Part shown: positions 1-16,341 of the stretch, in pieces | How positions within the stretch are numbered: position 1 is the first letter of the stretch | Layout: each line of letters opens with the position of its first letter | NCBI GenBank assembly: GCA_964016885.1 | Contig: OZ024743.1 | Location: 375,534,001-375,598,000, forward strand | DNA from: Eledone cirrhosa | Taxonomy: Eukaryota | Direction of reading: 5' to 3' | Length of the DNA: 64,000 nt | Program-made: the position numbers and the translations under genes | Notes under the pieces: model-generated | What the model was told of the DNA's origin: nothing | Database searches by the model: none | What the model saw: the letters and a program-made list of their open reading frames with translations, nothing else

Positions 1-654
1 AACAGCTGTAAATAACGGTAAAAAAAAAAAAATCGATGAGGTGTATGTGCGAATATTACAAATATTAGAGGTCTAGAATATAGAAACTGGCTATATTATT
101 TCATATTGGGTTTGAATACTAAAAATTGGATTAAGAAGTGTAAAAATGTATTAATAATATAAAATAAAATAATTATAAAAAAGGTTTTTAAAAAAAGGTT
201 TTTTAAAAAAATGGTTTTTAAAATAAAATAAAATAAAATAAAATATAAGATAGAATAGAATAAAAAATAAAAATAAAAATAATAATAGTCTATGTATTTC
301 ATGATTAAAAATTACTATTAAAAATCTGTATATGGGGTATACTATTTAATTATTATTTTATATCAACAAGTAAATAAAGGAAATTGCTAGAAAGGTTTAT
401 AAACGTAGAAAGACATATGACGTCATAGTTTGTTTACAACATCTACGAAGGCTTGAACGAAAATTTAAGGCTATAGAGAAAAAAGGTGAAAGGCTTAAGA
501 GGAAAAAGGTGAAAGGCTTAAAATATGCTGGGAAAAGTGAGTTAATACATTGTAGAATATAATGAAATATGTGTGAAAAAAAGTGTGAAAAAATATGTGT
601 AAAAAATATGTATGTGTAAAAAATTAACTGTTATTCGTGGAATATATTATGACA

Positions 655-2900
655 TTAGATGTATACTTTGTGAAAGGTCTTGAAAAATTTATGATTACAA
701 AGACCAAATAAATCTGTACGTCTATTAATTAAAGAGTTGAAATTCGAGATAATGGTAAATTTTTCAGCTAGACATAAATTACAAACCCATTGGAGTATGG
801 AAAGGCGTTGCAAATTTTACGCCAAGAAATTTCATAATTAATGTTTTTGTCTTTTAAGGACCAAATAAGTTCTGAGAGTGCGGTGCTGGTCCTTTTAAGT
901 GGATATTTAAATGTAGAAGAATGATTATAGAGTCTTGCTTTAAAAGAGGTAGAAGTAGAGCCAATATAGGTATAGGTATTGGTACTAGTTACCACTTTAC
1001 ATTCATATACTAGGTTTTTATCGAGACAGAAATTACTAAGAGGACAATTAGTTCTAATAGGGCAGTTGCATTTACGATTATGATTATTAACAGAGTTATT
1101 TGCAAGTGGCCCAGAATTAATTATAATAGGAACTGGAGTGGTGGAATTAGCTAAAGGAGGTGTTAAAGTTTCAAGATTTACATTAGTATTTGAAGCATTC
1201 CTCAAAGTTACGTTTGACGTCGTATTTATATTTGTGCTATTTTGCCTAGAGTTTACATTGACGTCGGGCCTTATAGTGTTATTATTATGACTCTCGTGGT
1301 TGGATGCATATGAGTTATTATTTAATATTTTAGAATTATGTCTTGAGATAATTTTAGAAATGTTGGAAGTAGTGGAATATGAGAATTTAATGGTATGCTT
1401 ATTGAAAATCTTGCTATATATATGTGAAGGGAGAAGCTGTTATCTAAAGCCCTAAAAAATAATTTAGGGATTTTGTTAATAAGTGAAAGAGAGAAGGGAG
1501 CGTTGTACCAAAGGATATTTTTATATCTAGGTCTCCGCCTTTTGTTACTGGTATGATTATTACTAGCTACATTACTATAAGTTCTGGCAAGATTAGTTTC
1601 TTAGTGTATCTAATTCTGTCTGGATATCCAGCCCTAGATAACGCATTATTATAATAGTTGGCATTAGCATCAAAGATATCTTTATTAGAGGATAAATTAG
1701 AAATTCTTTTTTCAACATTTCTGACTATAGCAGTTTTAACATTATTAGGGTGGTTTGATTTAAAATTAACGTAATTTAGGTTCTCATTATCCTTATGGTA
1801 TGGGTAATATAGGCCGATATCTAGATTAATGGATATATCAAGGAAATTTGCTAATTTATCATTATTCTCGAATTCTATTTTAAGTTAAGATGCTTAAATA
1901 GTTCAAGTATATTTTTCTTAATAATATTAAAGTTTACAGTAAAGACAGTAAAAAGTGTATCATCACGATATATTCCACCGCGAAGTTGAGGAATTTTCCG
2001 ATTTAAAGAGTTCAAGATGAAGATTCCAACCAAGTCGGTCAATTGAGCTGAATCCGACGAACCCATGGTGATGTCGAAATTGTTGGAAGTATCCGCTCTT
2101 GTCCAATATTCATTGTTAAATTCCAGGATGGTTTTCTTTGCGGTGAGAATGATGTTCAATTCATAAATAGTGATGTCCGAGTATTTTGACACATATGAGA
2201 GAGCCTTGTTAAGGAGTGAAGGAGAAATGGAAGAGTAATAGCTAGCAATGTCTAGTTGAATAAATTTTAGTTTGTTTTTATTATTCAGGTCATTAAACCA
2301 GTCTATCACATCAGAAGAACCCGATCATAAATTTAATTGAGATTTAGAGCTAACCTATGGGATAATTATATCCAAGATGAATTTACTAACAACCCCCAGG
2401 TCAGATTTAGAAAGGGCGATTAGTCTTACAGGCAAGTCGGTTCGAAAATTTGTTTTGTGATCCTTCAGACTAATCCTCGGAATTCTTGGGAAGAAGGGTT
2501 CTGTTTTTTTTCTCAATACCGAGTTTGGTTATAATCTCATATGCTTCGAAATTAATAGACTCAAGATTATCGTGGGTGGTTTTACGATAATTTTTTCTTA
2601 GTTCTTTAAGGATAAGGTTATTATATTTATCCTTACTTATGCCATATAAATTATTTGTTTTGTCAGAACGAACTAAAACGTTTTTAGAAGAATTAAGGTC
2701 ATTAATTTTATTCTTAAGGTTGATAAGGTGTCCCTGGCCTCGATAAGGGTTTCTTTTGATTTTAAGTCCTCGTATAATTTTAGTTAATTCATTTTCAAAA
2801 TGTGCTAAGTTTTTATTAAAGGGGGGATTTCTTCTGGAGTTAAATAATGAATCGAGATTATTATGCTCCTTTCTATAAAAATTTCCTTTTAAGCGCTTGT
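655..2900 (-). mobile_element. Decayed Penelope-like element (probably Naiad clade), RT + GIY-YIG
   Basis: Minus-strand fragments: FIQLDIASYYSSI...ITMGSSDSAQLTDLVG...GIYRDDTL (RT, 1875-2309) and CNCPIRTNCPLSNFCL..LVYECKV...YIGSTSTSFKARLYNH (GIY-YIG, 768-1205). Several frameshifts. Left standing next to the CR1 3' tail at ~2905. Confidence 0.85.
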
Positions 2901-3022
2901 CATGGGAATAATAATAATGAAATTATTGTGTAAAGTGCTCAGGTGCACTACAACTCGTCAAAGGTGTATGTATAGTACATAGAATAATACACAAATGTCA
3001 GGGAAGTACATGTGTGTATGTG

Positions 3023-5784
3023 TTAGCTGTAGTGTTGGCGGATCTCGGGAAGCATGGAGGCCTTAAAGGATGCAGTGTCTCGACAGCTAACAACTGATGC
3101 AGGTAGTTTATTCCATGCTTCAGCAACTCTGAGCGTGAAAAAATGTTTCCGAAAGTCATGGGAACTGTGCTGTTTTCTTACTTTGTGGGCATGTCCACGT
3201 GTGTTAGACACATGGAAATCAAAAAGGTACTCAGGGTTGTTGTTGGCAACATGGTTAACAATTTTGTGGGTGTTTACCAAGCCAGTTGCCAGGCGTCGGA
3301 GCTTCAATGTATCCATGCCCAGGGAAGCAAGGCGCTCAGAGTATGGTAGATGCCTGATGGAGGGTATTCGATTGGTTGCACGTCTCTGAACAGTTTCCAG
3401 GCGGTCAATATTCTGAGAAAGATAGGGGTTCCAGACTGGGGATGCAAATTCTAAGTGTGGTCGCACCATAGCCATGTACAGCCTTAAATAGATATCTGGA
3501 GAGCGGCTGACAAAGGTCTTGCTGAGTGATGCTAAGACACCCTCGGCCCTCTTGACAATTTTAGAGACGTGCTTCGTCCAACGCAAATCGCTGCTGACTG
3601 TAATGCCCAGGTCACGTTCACAAGAAGACTTCTTGATATTAGTGCTGTGGAGGGAGTATGTGGACGCTGGGTTTTTACTCCCAAAATGCATGGTGGTGCA
3701 CTTGTCCACAGCTAGCTTGAGTTGCCAGTCTGAGATCCATTGTTGCATTGTGTCCAGGTCAGACTGCAAGCAAGATCTATAGTGTTCAGGATCTGTCCTT
3801 TTTATCTCAAGGTACAGCTTGATGTCGTCTGAGTACTTTAGTACTGTGGCATTCTTTAAGTTGGCATCTATGTCATTAATATATGCCACAAACAAAAGGG
3901 GGCCAAGAACAGATCCCTGTGGTACACCAGATGACATCTCATATGGTGAAGAATGCTGTCCCAGAACCGTGACTACCTCTCTTCGACTGAGAATGAAGGA
4001 CTTCAACCAGTTAAAAAGATCATCCTTCACACACATTGTAGAGAGTTTTGCCATAAGCCTTTTGTGTGGCACAGAATTGAAGGCTTTCGAAAAGTCAAGG
4101 TAAACAACATCCACCCATGAGCCACCATCAGTGATCCGGGGGATGTCCTCAAGAAACTCTATAAGTTGATCACAGCAGCTGGAGTTGGGGATAAATCCAA
4201 ATTGCGAGGGCCGAATAAGACTGTGAGAGCTCCAGAAGTTCCAAAGTGTTTCTCTGACACAGGATTCCATCAGTTTGGCAATGCAACTAGTAAGACTGAC
4301 TGGACGATAGTTCACAGGTGATGTGCGGTCACCCTTTTTGAACAGAGGAATGACACTGGCAGTTTTCCACTGTTCTGGAGTAACACCGTTGTTCAGACAG
4401 AATTGGAAGAAGCATGATAACTGGTGCAGAAGTAAGTACCCACCACGGTTAAGAAGCAGGTACGTAACACCATCAAGACCAGGAGAGGCATGGTTGCGTT
4501 TATTTTTTAGGTGACGTCGCAGCATTGCAGGTGTAAATTCCATGGTTGTAATAGAGTCCGGTGTCATAAGTGGTGGAGATGGTACACTTTGGTCTTCAAT
4601 AGTGAAAATGCCTGCATAGCATTCAGCAATGAGCTCTGCGCATTCCTTGGGGTCGTCAGTAACCTGGCTTGTGTGGGGATTGCAAAGAGGACCTACTGGA
4701 GAGTGAGGCCTCTGCTTTGAGTGAACATACTTCCAGAACACCTTACTGTCAGGGCTGGTTGCTATGCGCTGCTCAAATTGAAGCACTGCTTTTTTGTCAC
4801 CTGTTTGAGGTGGTTGGACGATCTATTTCGCCTCTTCCTATTAATGTCTGATTTGTGAAGTTTGTACTCACGTTCAGCATTGCGCCGTTCTTTTCTGGCA
4901 AGACGGACTGTTTCAGTCTCCCAAATTGCGCTTTTGAGATGTTTTTTCCGCTTACGTGGCACCGATGCTGCACATGCTGTCCATATTGAGCTCAGGATGT
5001 TCTGGAGTACAGTGCTGACATCTCCAGAGTCGTAGAACTCAAGCCAGTTTGGCCGTTGCAACTCGGTGCAGTAACAGTTCCAGTCTGCTTTATTCCAGTC
5101 AAAGTGAGCAGTTTGGAGATGGTTGTGGTTCTTGTTACTGCCCATGAGGGATAGATTGGCAATGATCATAGCATGATCAGAGTCACCTAAAGGTTCCTCA
5201 GCAGTAACACTAATGACCGTTTCAGGAGTAGTGGTGAAGAGTAGGTCCAAAGTGTTGTCACCTTTCGTTGGGGAGGTGACCACCTGGGACCAACTCGAGT
5301 CCAGCACTAGCTCAAGGAAGTCATTTGCACTTGGCGGCCAACGAAAGGTCTCCCAGTCAATCTCAGGGTGATTGAAGTCTCCTGCAATGAAAACATAAGT
5401 GGCTGTGTTCCTGGCAGCAGCTCTGAGGATATCACAAAGTTGAGTGTCTTGATGGTAATTTGGGGGACGGTAAACGACTCCAAGTAGCAGTGTTGACATG
5501 GTCATACGTATATCGCAGAAAAAAACTTCCCGCTGTGATTGGTTCAAATCAGCACATGGAATTGCCGACAGATTTAACCGAATGTAGACCATTACACCAC
5601 CACCACGACGATTAATGCGGTCCTTACGAAACAGGTTGTAGCCAGTCATGCTGAAAACCCCATCACAGAGTAAGGGATGTGCCCAAGTTTCCGTGACTGT
5701 AATGAAGTCAGGGTTGATACTTTTGACGTAGGAGTCAAAAAGATGAATCTTATTGCATAGACTACGTGCATTCAAGGACAACAA
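3023..5784 (-). pseudogene. LINE ORF2 (APE endonuclease + reverse transcriptase), one frameshift near 4762-4786
   Basis: LSLNARSL..VTETW..GGGV..YRPP..GDFN..DLLF..SDH (APE); NYRPVSLTS, YLDFSKAF, SGVPQGSVLGPLLF, YSDD (RT); RPHLEFASPVWNP C-terminus. Confidence 0.9.
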
Positions 5785-5799
5785 TTTGTACCTTGATTC

Positions 5800-7121
5800 C
5801 AGTCTATGATTATGTGCAGGGGATTGAAGGTTGTTCTGATTTAGTTTCCGAGAGTTTTTTCAGTTTCTTTATTGTCAGTTGTTATGGGTACAGTGTTTTC
5901 AGACCAGCTGGTGTCTCTTTTCCATGTTTCGCCAGCCTTAACAAACTTCCATATCTGCCCATCATCTCGTAGGCTAAAGCTTTCATGTTCTGCCGAGCTG
6001 CGGTTTAAGGAAGCTGCAGCACGCAACTTTGGGCGGACATCAGGTGGAAGACCAGGGCGTGTTCGGAAAGCAATCCGATTTTCACGCCTAGTTTTATCAG
6101 AAGCTACAAGGTATGAATGTGCCTCAGTTGAGTTTGAAAACTACAGTCTAATTAGCCTGGGTTTCGGGCCTGGTCGGCCAAGGCGTAGAGCACCCTTTGC
6201 GGGAGCACCCTTTGCGGGAGCACAGCCCAGGTCTTTGGATGAACTGGCAGCAAATGCCTGAAGATCAACTATGTCTTCTGGTACACCAATGGCAATCACT
6301 TCGTGGTTTGCAGATTCAGTGGCATTCTCAATGCGTCTAGGTTCAACATGAGGTACGCGGAGATTTTTTAACAAGGCACTCCGGTAAGATCCCTCATTGT
6401 GGGGTTCTACACGAACGCTTGATTTTATTTCCGCTATTTCTTGGCTTAAAGCGGAAATCATTTGCCGTATTTCCTCAAACTCGGTATTGACGGTCGGTTT
6501 TTGTTGTTGTTCTTCTCCTTCAACAGGCATGGTAGAAGACACAGTCGTCGGTTGTTGTTGTTGAAAAGTAACGGGTGAGGAAGACATGGGTTGCTGTTGT
6601 TGATGAAGTCCTTCAACGGGGGTAGTAGCAGAAGCTACGGTCGTTGGTTTTTGCTGTTGTTCAGGAACAATGGTAGAGGAAGACACAATCCTCGGTTTTT
6701 GCTGTTGTTGTTGTTCGGGAACAATGGTAGAAGACACGATCTTCGGTTTTTGTTGTTGTTGTTGTTCCGCAGCAATGGGAGAAGCAGGCATACAGTCCAG
6801 GCACTGAAAGGACCAGTTTGTTAGCTGGACCATCTCTCAGAGTCTATCCATCGTAGCAATATGATGTTTCTTGTTTTGGCCTGGGATCTTCCGGAAGCCT
6901 GTGGCGCATTGAAGGCAGACAGAGATGTGACAGGTTCCACATTCGACCCAACGATTACGGAACGAGTTTTCGGGTTCCGTATAGATATGGCAGATGTGAT
7001 CTTCTGGGCAATGTTCTATTTTGGAACATCGACCAGTTTTGTCGCATACTTCATCGATGGATATCACCATGGCAATTTTGCTCTTTCTGCCCATCCGTAG
7101 AAAAACACAGAATGTAAACAA
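5800..7121 (-). pseudogene. CR1 ORF1 with PHD-like finger, Q-rich repeats and coiled coil; in-frame TGA at 6837-6839
   Basis: CHI...WVECGTCHISVCLQC...*EMVQLTNWSFQCLDC: ORFs 6837-7121 and 6141-6833 are in the same frame. Followed by QQQQKPxxVSST repeats and EFEEIRQMISALSQEIAEIK. Confidence 0.7.
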
Positions 7122-8129
7122 TATAGGTTTAGCGAACTTGATTACGATAGAAATAAAATGTCTGTTTTTTGTTTTGTTTTTTTGTGTATTTTGTTTCCGT
7201 TTTCCTAAATGTTGTGTGTGTGTGTGTGTGTACAGAAGAGTCTGTGCATGTAAACAAATGAATATGCTGCGTAAGTTAAATGAAACGTACTGTAGAAGGC
7301 AATTGTTTATTAACAGCGAAATAACGTTTTTTTTTTCCCTGATACTGTTTCTTTATAATAAACTTTCAATAATATTTTTTTTTCAAATTATTAACTTTCA
7401 GCTGCTAGTATATATATATAATTAAAAGGTGTATGTGGGTTAGAAGCGAAGTCAATGTTCAGAGATATTTTACAAATGTACGTAAGATTGGCCGGTATAG
7501 TGTTTCACACGAAATAGTATGGTTTCTTTTCACTTGTGTGTATATACATGTGGTATATATCTGTATATAAATCTGTGTTATATTGTTGTTTATATGTTTT
7601 GTGGAGTACTTACTGCGATGCCTAAGGAATGTAGTGTTTTGTTTTTTTTCCTTTTTCCCCGTCCATGTCCACACGTGGTTTGTTGGCGAAAATCAAGTCA
7701 AATTAAATATACTTCGTTAAAATAATTCTATGTTGAAACTGGTACTAGTTGTCAGGGAACAGTCAAAGTAATTGTAATAATGAATATTGTAATCCATCTG
7801 ACATGTGTTTAAAGGGCAGTTTTTGGTGAAAATATTATATTTTGTTTGGTCAAGACGTGGTCAAGCGACCTTCCTTGTCGCCATTTTGGCCGAATGTGCG
7901 ATCCATCTAAGCCTCCGCACGAAAGAGTCCGTTTTTTTCTATCAAACGTTTTGTGTATTCAGTTTTTCCAGGAATAGGTATGTTTTTAAGTGAAGTTGTG
8001 ATACTGTAGTAATCCATGTTATAATAGAAGTAGAGACCATCAATAGTATCCGATATAAGAGTTAGCGCTCAAACAGTCAAGGAGCAGGTTAATGTAGGAG
8101 GTGAGTAATATTGTAGAACAATAAAACTA

Positions 8130-11450
<3,321 letters not shown>

Positions 11451-14400
11451 TAACTTTGAATAACTTTGAATAACTTTGAAATGTTTTGGCCAGTATTGGC
11501 CCAGGCCATGTCTAACTTAATAGCACCACCTGGCGAAGTCTTTCAATTCAGGATTTGGGCACCATGGCCCATTCGAGAAGAGAATTACTGTTTGCGGAGA
11601 CATATCCGGGTGTGGGTGGTTTGTCCGGGATTACTTGGAGGAATTTGTCCAAAGACTTCTTGAATTTTGTGTGGTCAGTTTCTGTTTTGACGTGTCCTGG
11701 TGTGATGTTGAAGAGAGCAGGGCCGATTGAGGTGAAATAATTGTGCCGTATTGTTGTTATGAGTTGCGATTTAGATTTTTGAATGGGACAGATAGCACGG
11801 GGCCCAAGCCTTGGGTGTATCTTGAAGGCGATGCCAACATCATTTGGGCAGTGATGATGGAACATTTTCCACATCATGCAGATAATATAACGCTCACGGC
11901 GACGTTGGAGTGAGTAAAGTTTCAGGTTTTCTAATCGACCCCAGTAGTCAAGGTCTGACATGCCATCTATCTTTTTCGTGATTGCCCTTTGAGGAGCTTC
12001 AGGTTTCATGATACTTTGTTTCGTGTGGGGAGACCACAGTGGACAACAGTATTCAAGGTGTGGTCGGGCAAAAGTAGAGAAGAGAAGGATAATGGTGCGG
12101 GAATCTCTCGACTGGAAGGTTCTGAGGATCCAGGAACACATTCTGCGGGCCATGTCAACTTTGCTGCTTATATGCGTGGTCCAGCTTATGTTGCTGTCCA
12201 CGGTTACTCCCAAGTCTCTGATGTTGTTAGATGCCACGAGAGTTTCCCCGGAGGGAAGGGAGTACGGGAGTTTCAGAGCATCCTCTTTTCCAAAGTGGAT
12301 CAGTTCGAATTTGTCTTCGTTCAGTAACATGTTGTTCTTTTCTGCCCATTGGGTAACAGCCAGTAGGTCTGACTGAAGGCTTATCCGGTCATCCACGCCA
12401 TTGATGACCTTTTGGAGCTTGGAATCATCAGCGAAAATTTTAATGTTGCTGTGTTTGATGATGTCAGTGATGTCATTAATATAGATGATGAAGAGAAGTG
12501 GGCCCAACACAGTGCCTTGTGGGACCCCACTACTGACTTTGGCTGGGCTTGATTTGACTCTCTCAACTACAACATGTTGGGTTCTGTTTGACAGGAAGCT
12601 CTTGATCCACTGCAGCAGCTTTCCAGTGACACCAATATTGGACAGCTTTCTCAGTAGAATGTTATGATCAACCCTGTCAAAGGCCTTGCTGAAATCAAGG
12701 TAGATAACATCAGTGTTGGAACCCTCTCCCAAGGCTCTCAAAATGTCATCAAAGTGATGCAGTAGCTGCGTCAGGCAATCCCTTCCATTACGGAATCCAT
12801 GCTGGTTGGAGTTCAGCATATTGTTACTCTCAAGGAAGTGGGTCATTCGCGATCTCACCACTCTCTCAAATACCTTAATGATATGAGAGGTGAGTGAGAT
12901 TGGACGGTAATTCACGGCAAGGGATTTGTTTCCCTTTTTGAAAACTGGGACAACAGACTGGGATAGAAGGTTTTCTGGCACATATCCAGCATTCAGTGAG
13001 TTCCGCCACAGATTGGCAAGAGGAGATGCAAGTTGGTATTGACACGCCCTCAAGACACAAGCAGGGAACCTATCGGGACCTACTGCTGAATTATGCTTGA
13101 TTTCCTTTATTGCCGCCAAGACATCAGGGGCGTCAAACGTTATGTCCGATAAGGTGTAATGGGGAGTAACATCGCCGATACAGCCCAGATCGGCCATATC
13201 AGGATTGCTGAAAACAGAGCAGTATTGTTTCTGCAGTATCTCACCCATGGTTTTAGCATTGTCTTGAAGAGTGCCATTTTCATCAATTAGAGGGCCAACA
13301 GTAGAGCCAGTGATTTTGTGTTTTTTTGCAAATGAAAAGAACACTTTGGGATTGAGTTTGATCTTCTCAATGGCCCAGGCCTCTTCAGCTCTTCTCTGAT
13401 TGTTGATGAGGGACATTATGTTGTTTTGGAGGTTATGTTTTTTAATCTCTAGTGATGAAATGGCAGTCAAGTTGATGTGTTGCTGCTGACAGTATTTCAG
13501 CTTGTTGATTTTTTTGTTCGTTCTCTTAATTTTTCTGATGAGCGTTTTTCTATTTCTAGGGATTCTGCTCTTAGATTTGTTTATAGTTCTTAATGGGGTG
13601 TGTTTAGCACATATGTTTGTAACAGTGTCCACAAATGTCTGCCAGGACTTTTTGATGTTAGTGGGTGTATGAGTGTGCGTGAAGGACCAGTCGACATGTG
13701 CAAGATCATGACTGATCGCTTCCCAGTTTGCATTGTGGAAATCCATAGCGTCAAACGGATGGACAGGAGAGATGACATTGGGTTTGTATATTGGACGGTG
13801 GAATCTCAGATCACAGAGAACCATGTCATGATCAGAGAGTAGAGTTTTCTCCACTGCAATATTGTGGATATTGTCAGTGTGATTGCTGAAAATTAAGTCT
13901 AGGACGTTTTTGTGGCACCTCGTTGGTTCGAGCACCAGTTGGGATAGGAAGAAATCATCCATGAAGTCAAGAAGCGATTCCACAGCTTCCCTGTCAGAGG
14001 TTGAGGCAGAAGAACCTGGTGGCAGGCTGTTTGTGGACCAGTCAACTCCAGGGAGGTTGAAGTCCCCCATCATTAAGATGTTGTCAGGGTGACACTCTTG
14101 GATGAAACACTTTATGCTGTTGAGGCATTCCTTGAAGCATGGTACAGGCGTTTGGGGTGGCCTATAGAGCCCAACTACTAATAGGTTGTTGGTTTGACTG
14201 AATACAGTGACTGCTTCACAGTATCCATTAGTGAATATGTTAATAGCCTCTGTTGAGAAAGAATTATGGACATAAATGGCAGTTCCGCCCTTTCTTCTGC
14301 CAGCGCGATCAGCACGGATGGCTTTGAAATTTTTCACTTTCACCTCGGCTTCCAAGTGGAGGTTACTGAGATGGGTTTCAGTGAGGACGAAGAAAGGGAT

Positions 14401-15557
14401 GTGGTTTGGATGGACATCAATCCAGTCCTCCAGGAATTTGATCTTCCATTTTTGAGTATTGGTGGAAGGGCTGATGCCTTGGGCGTTAAGCAAAAATGTA
14501 GAGGCGAGAGTGGATGGTTTTAATTGTTTTGGTGTGTTGTTAATTTGTTTGTTTGTTAATGGCAGCAATGGGAGTTTGTGCAGTGGGGTGATAGTGGAGG
14601 GTGGTGCTGGGTGATAGCTCGAATGTTTTTTTCCAGTTCTTTTGCCAGATTCATTATGGCTAAAAATGAGGAAGAAGTTTCCTGTTTAGAAGACTGTTGG
14701 TGACTGTGGTAGTGGTTATTTTTATGTAGGTTATGGTTTTTGTTTTTGCTTTTATTTTTAATTTTATTTTCATTTGTCCGACGGGTCCCCGGGAGATGGG
14801 TAAAGGGACAATCCCGGTCTAAACACAATCTGTCTCGCAGGGAAAAGCGGCAGATTTGTGGATTCCTTGTTTGAGTTATTGGTGGTTGTGTTGGTGTTAA
14901 ATTAGAGTATGTATTATGGTGGTGGCTGTTTGTGGGGATAGATCGTTTTGTCCTAGGTAAATGGGTGAATTTGCAGCCACTATCCGTACATATTCTATAG
15001 CGTAGAGAGTAGCGGCAAATGATGGGGTTTCGAGTGGGTGGGTATGTGGGTGTGTGTGTTGTGAGAGGTGTAGATGATGGTTTGGGTAGGATTTGACGAC
15101 CTTTGTGGACTGTGGGAGGGAGAGTTCTTGTTCTGGTATTAGAAGGTAAATTCCTTGACATAGCAGTAGACAAAAATGTTGTAGTAGTAGTAGGCAGAGA
15201 TGTTGGCAGTGGTGATGATTGGACTGCTGGGCCAGAGAAAGGATGTGGCGTTTCATGCTGTGAGACAGAGGCTACTGGGGGGGTCAATAGTTTCATTTAG
15301 TAGATCGGCCATTGTTGATGAATCAAGGAGTGGTTCACACTGTTGTTGTCGTTGTTGTTGTTGTTGCTGTTGTTGATGTTGTTGTTGTAGCTGTTGTTGT
15401 TGTTGCCGTTGTAGCTGCTGTTGTTGTTGTTGCTGGACAGCATTCGAAGAAAAAACACACCGTAGTTTATCCAAATGTTTATTGATTAATTTAAAAGCAA
15501 TTTCGATTTGCTTTAATTTATTTTGAATCTGTTGTTCAGATCGAGTTTTCAAAAACA
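11451..15557 (-). mobile_element. Young APE-RT LINE family B (CR1-group/Proto2-like; clade uncertain), near full length
   Basis: ORF1 + uninterrupted ORF2; 3' UTR hairpin GGCCA-ATAC-TGGCC; tail (TTCAAAGTTA)x3 at 11451-11480; both ends abut (TA)n. Confidence 0.92.
11548..14568 (-). CDS. LINE ORF2, APE endonuclease + reverse transcriptase (open for 1006 codons, no N-terminal ATG)
   Basis: LLNAQG..VLTETHL..KGGTAIYV..YRPP..MGDFN..DLIFSN..SDH; NYRPISLTS; YLDFSKAFD; SGVPQGTVLGPLLF; FADD. Confidence 0.92.
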   Translation of the reverse strand: MLPLTNKQINNTPKQLKPSTLASTFLLNAQGISPSTNTQKWKIKFLEDWIDVHPNHIPFFVLTETHLSNLHLEAEVKVKNFKAIRADRAGRRKGGTAIYVHNSFSTEAINIFTNGYCEAVTVFSQTNNLLVVGLYRPPQTPVPCFKECLNSIKCFIQECHPDNILMMGDFNLPGVDWSTNSLPPGSSASTSDREAVESLLDFMDDFFLSQLVLEPTRCHKNVLDLIFSNHTDNIHNIAVEKTLLSDHDMVLCDLRFHRPIYKPNVISPVHPFDAMDFHNANWEAISHDLAHVDWSFTHTHTPTNIKKSWQTFVDTVTNICAKHTPLRTINKSKSRIPRNRKTLIRKIKRTNKKINKLKYCQQQHINLTAISSLEIKKHNLQNNIMSLINNQRRAEEAWAIEKIKLNPKVFFSFAKKHKITGSTVGPLIDENGTLQDNAKTMGEILQKQYCSVFSNPDMADLGCIGDVTPHYTLSDITFDAPDVLAAIKEIKHNSAVGPDRFPACVLRACQYQLASPLANLWRNSLNAGYVPENLLSQSVVPVFKKGNKSLAVNYRPISLTSHIIKVFERVVRSRMTHFLESNNMLNSNQHGFRNGRDCLTQLLHHFDDILRALGEGSNTDVIYLDFSKAFDRVDHNILLRKLSNIGVTGKLLQWIKSFLSNRTQHVVVERVKSSPAKVSSGVPQGTVLGPLLFIIYINDITDIIKHSNIKIFADDSKLQKVINGVDDRISLQSDLLAVTQWAEKNNMLLNEDKFELIHFGKEDALKLPYSLPSGETLVASNNIRDLGVTVDSNISWTTHISSKVDMARRMCSWILRTFQSRDSRTIILLFSTFARPHLEYCCPLWSPHTKQSIMKPEAPQRAITKKIDGMSDLDYWGRLENLKLYSLQRRRERYIICMMWKMFHHHCPNDVGIAFKIHPRLGPRAICPIQKSKSQLITTIRHNYFTSIGPALFNITPGHVKTETDHTKFKKSLDKFLQVIPDKPPTPGYVSANSNSLLEWAMVPKS

Positions 15558-15558
15558 T
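14556..15558 (-). CDS. LINE ORF1 with poly-Q and two CCCH-type zinc fingers; split by a probable 1-nt indel in a G7 run near 15277-15283
   Basis: [21 protein letters not shown] and [21 protein letters not shown] motifs. ORFs 15253-15558 and 14556-15296 join if one C is removed from the homopolymer. Confidence 0.7.
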
Positions 15559-15601
15559 ACATATATATATATATATATATATGTATGTTTTTGTATATAT
15601 T

Positions 15602-15635
<34 letters not shown>

Positions 15636-15642
15636 AATATAA

Positions 15643-15685
<43 letters not shown>

Positions 15686-15724
15686 TATATATACATATAT
15701 ATATATACTTATATATATATATAC

Positions 15725-15791
<67 letters not shown>

Positions 15792-15819
15792 CATGTATAT
15801 ATATACATATATATATACT

Positions 15820-15851
<32 letters not shown>

Positions 15852-15898
15852 CACATATATATATATACATATATATATATACTTATATATATATATAC

Positions 15899-15929
<31 letters not shown>

Positions 15930-16064
15930 CATGTATATATATACATATATATATACTTATATATATATATATATACATATATATACATATATATATATAT
16001 ACATATACATATATATATACATATACATATATATACATATATATATATATACATATATATATAC

Positions 16065-16096
<32 letters not shown>

Positions 16097-16126
16097 ACAT
16101 ATATATATATATACATATATATATAC

Positions 16127-16264
<138 letters not shown>

Positions 16265-16341
16265 ACATATATACATATATATATATTCATATATATATAT
16301 ATACATATATATATTTACATATATATATATACATATATATA

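Larger units (their letters stand above)
2908..7121 (-). mobile_element. CR1-type LINE, near full length, disrupted
   Basis: ORF1 with Cys/His finger, ORF2 APE + RT, short 3' UTR ending in an (ATT)n-like tail at 2908-2918. Confidence 0.85.

Noticed and set aside
6837-6839. In-frame TGA in CR1 ORF1 as programmed readthrough
   Set aside because: The element has other lesions; simple decay such as CGA to TGA is more parsimonious.
11451-11480. Short tandem repeats as CRISPR or telomeric arrays
   Set aside because: No spacers; these are LINE 3' tails in a eukaryotic context.
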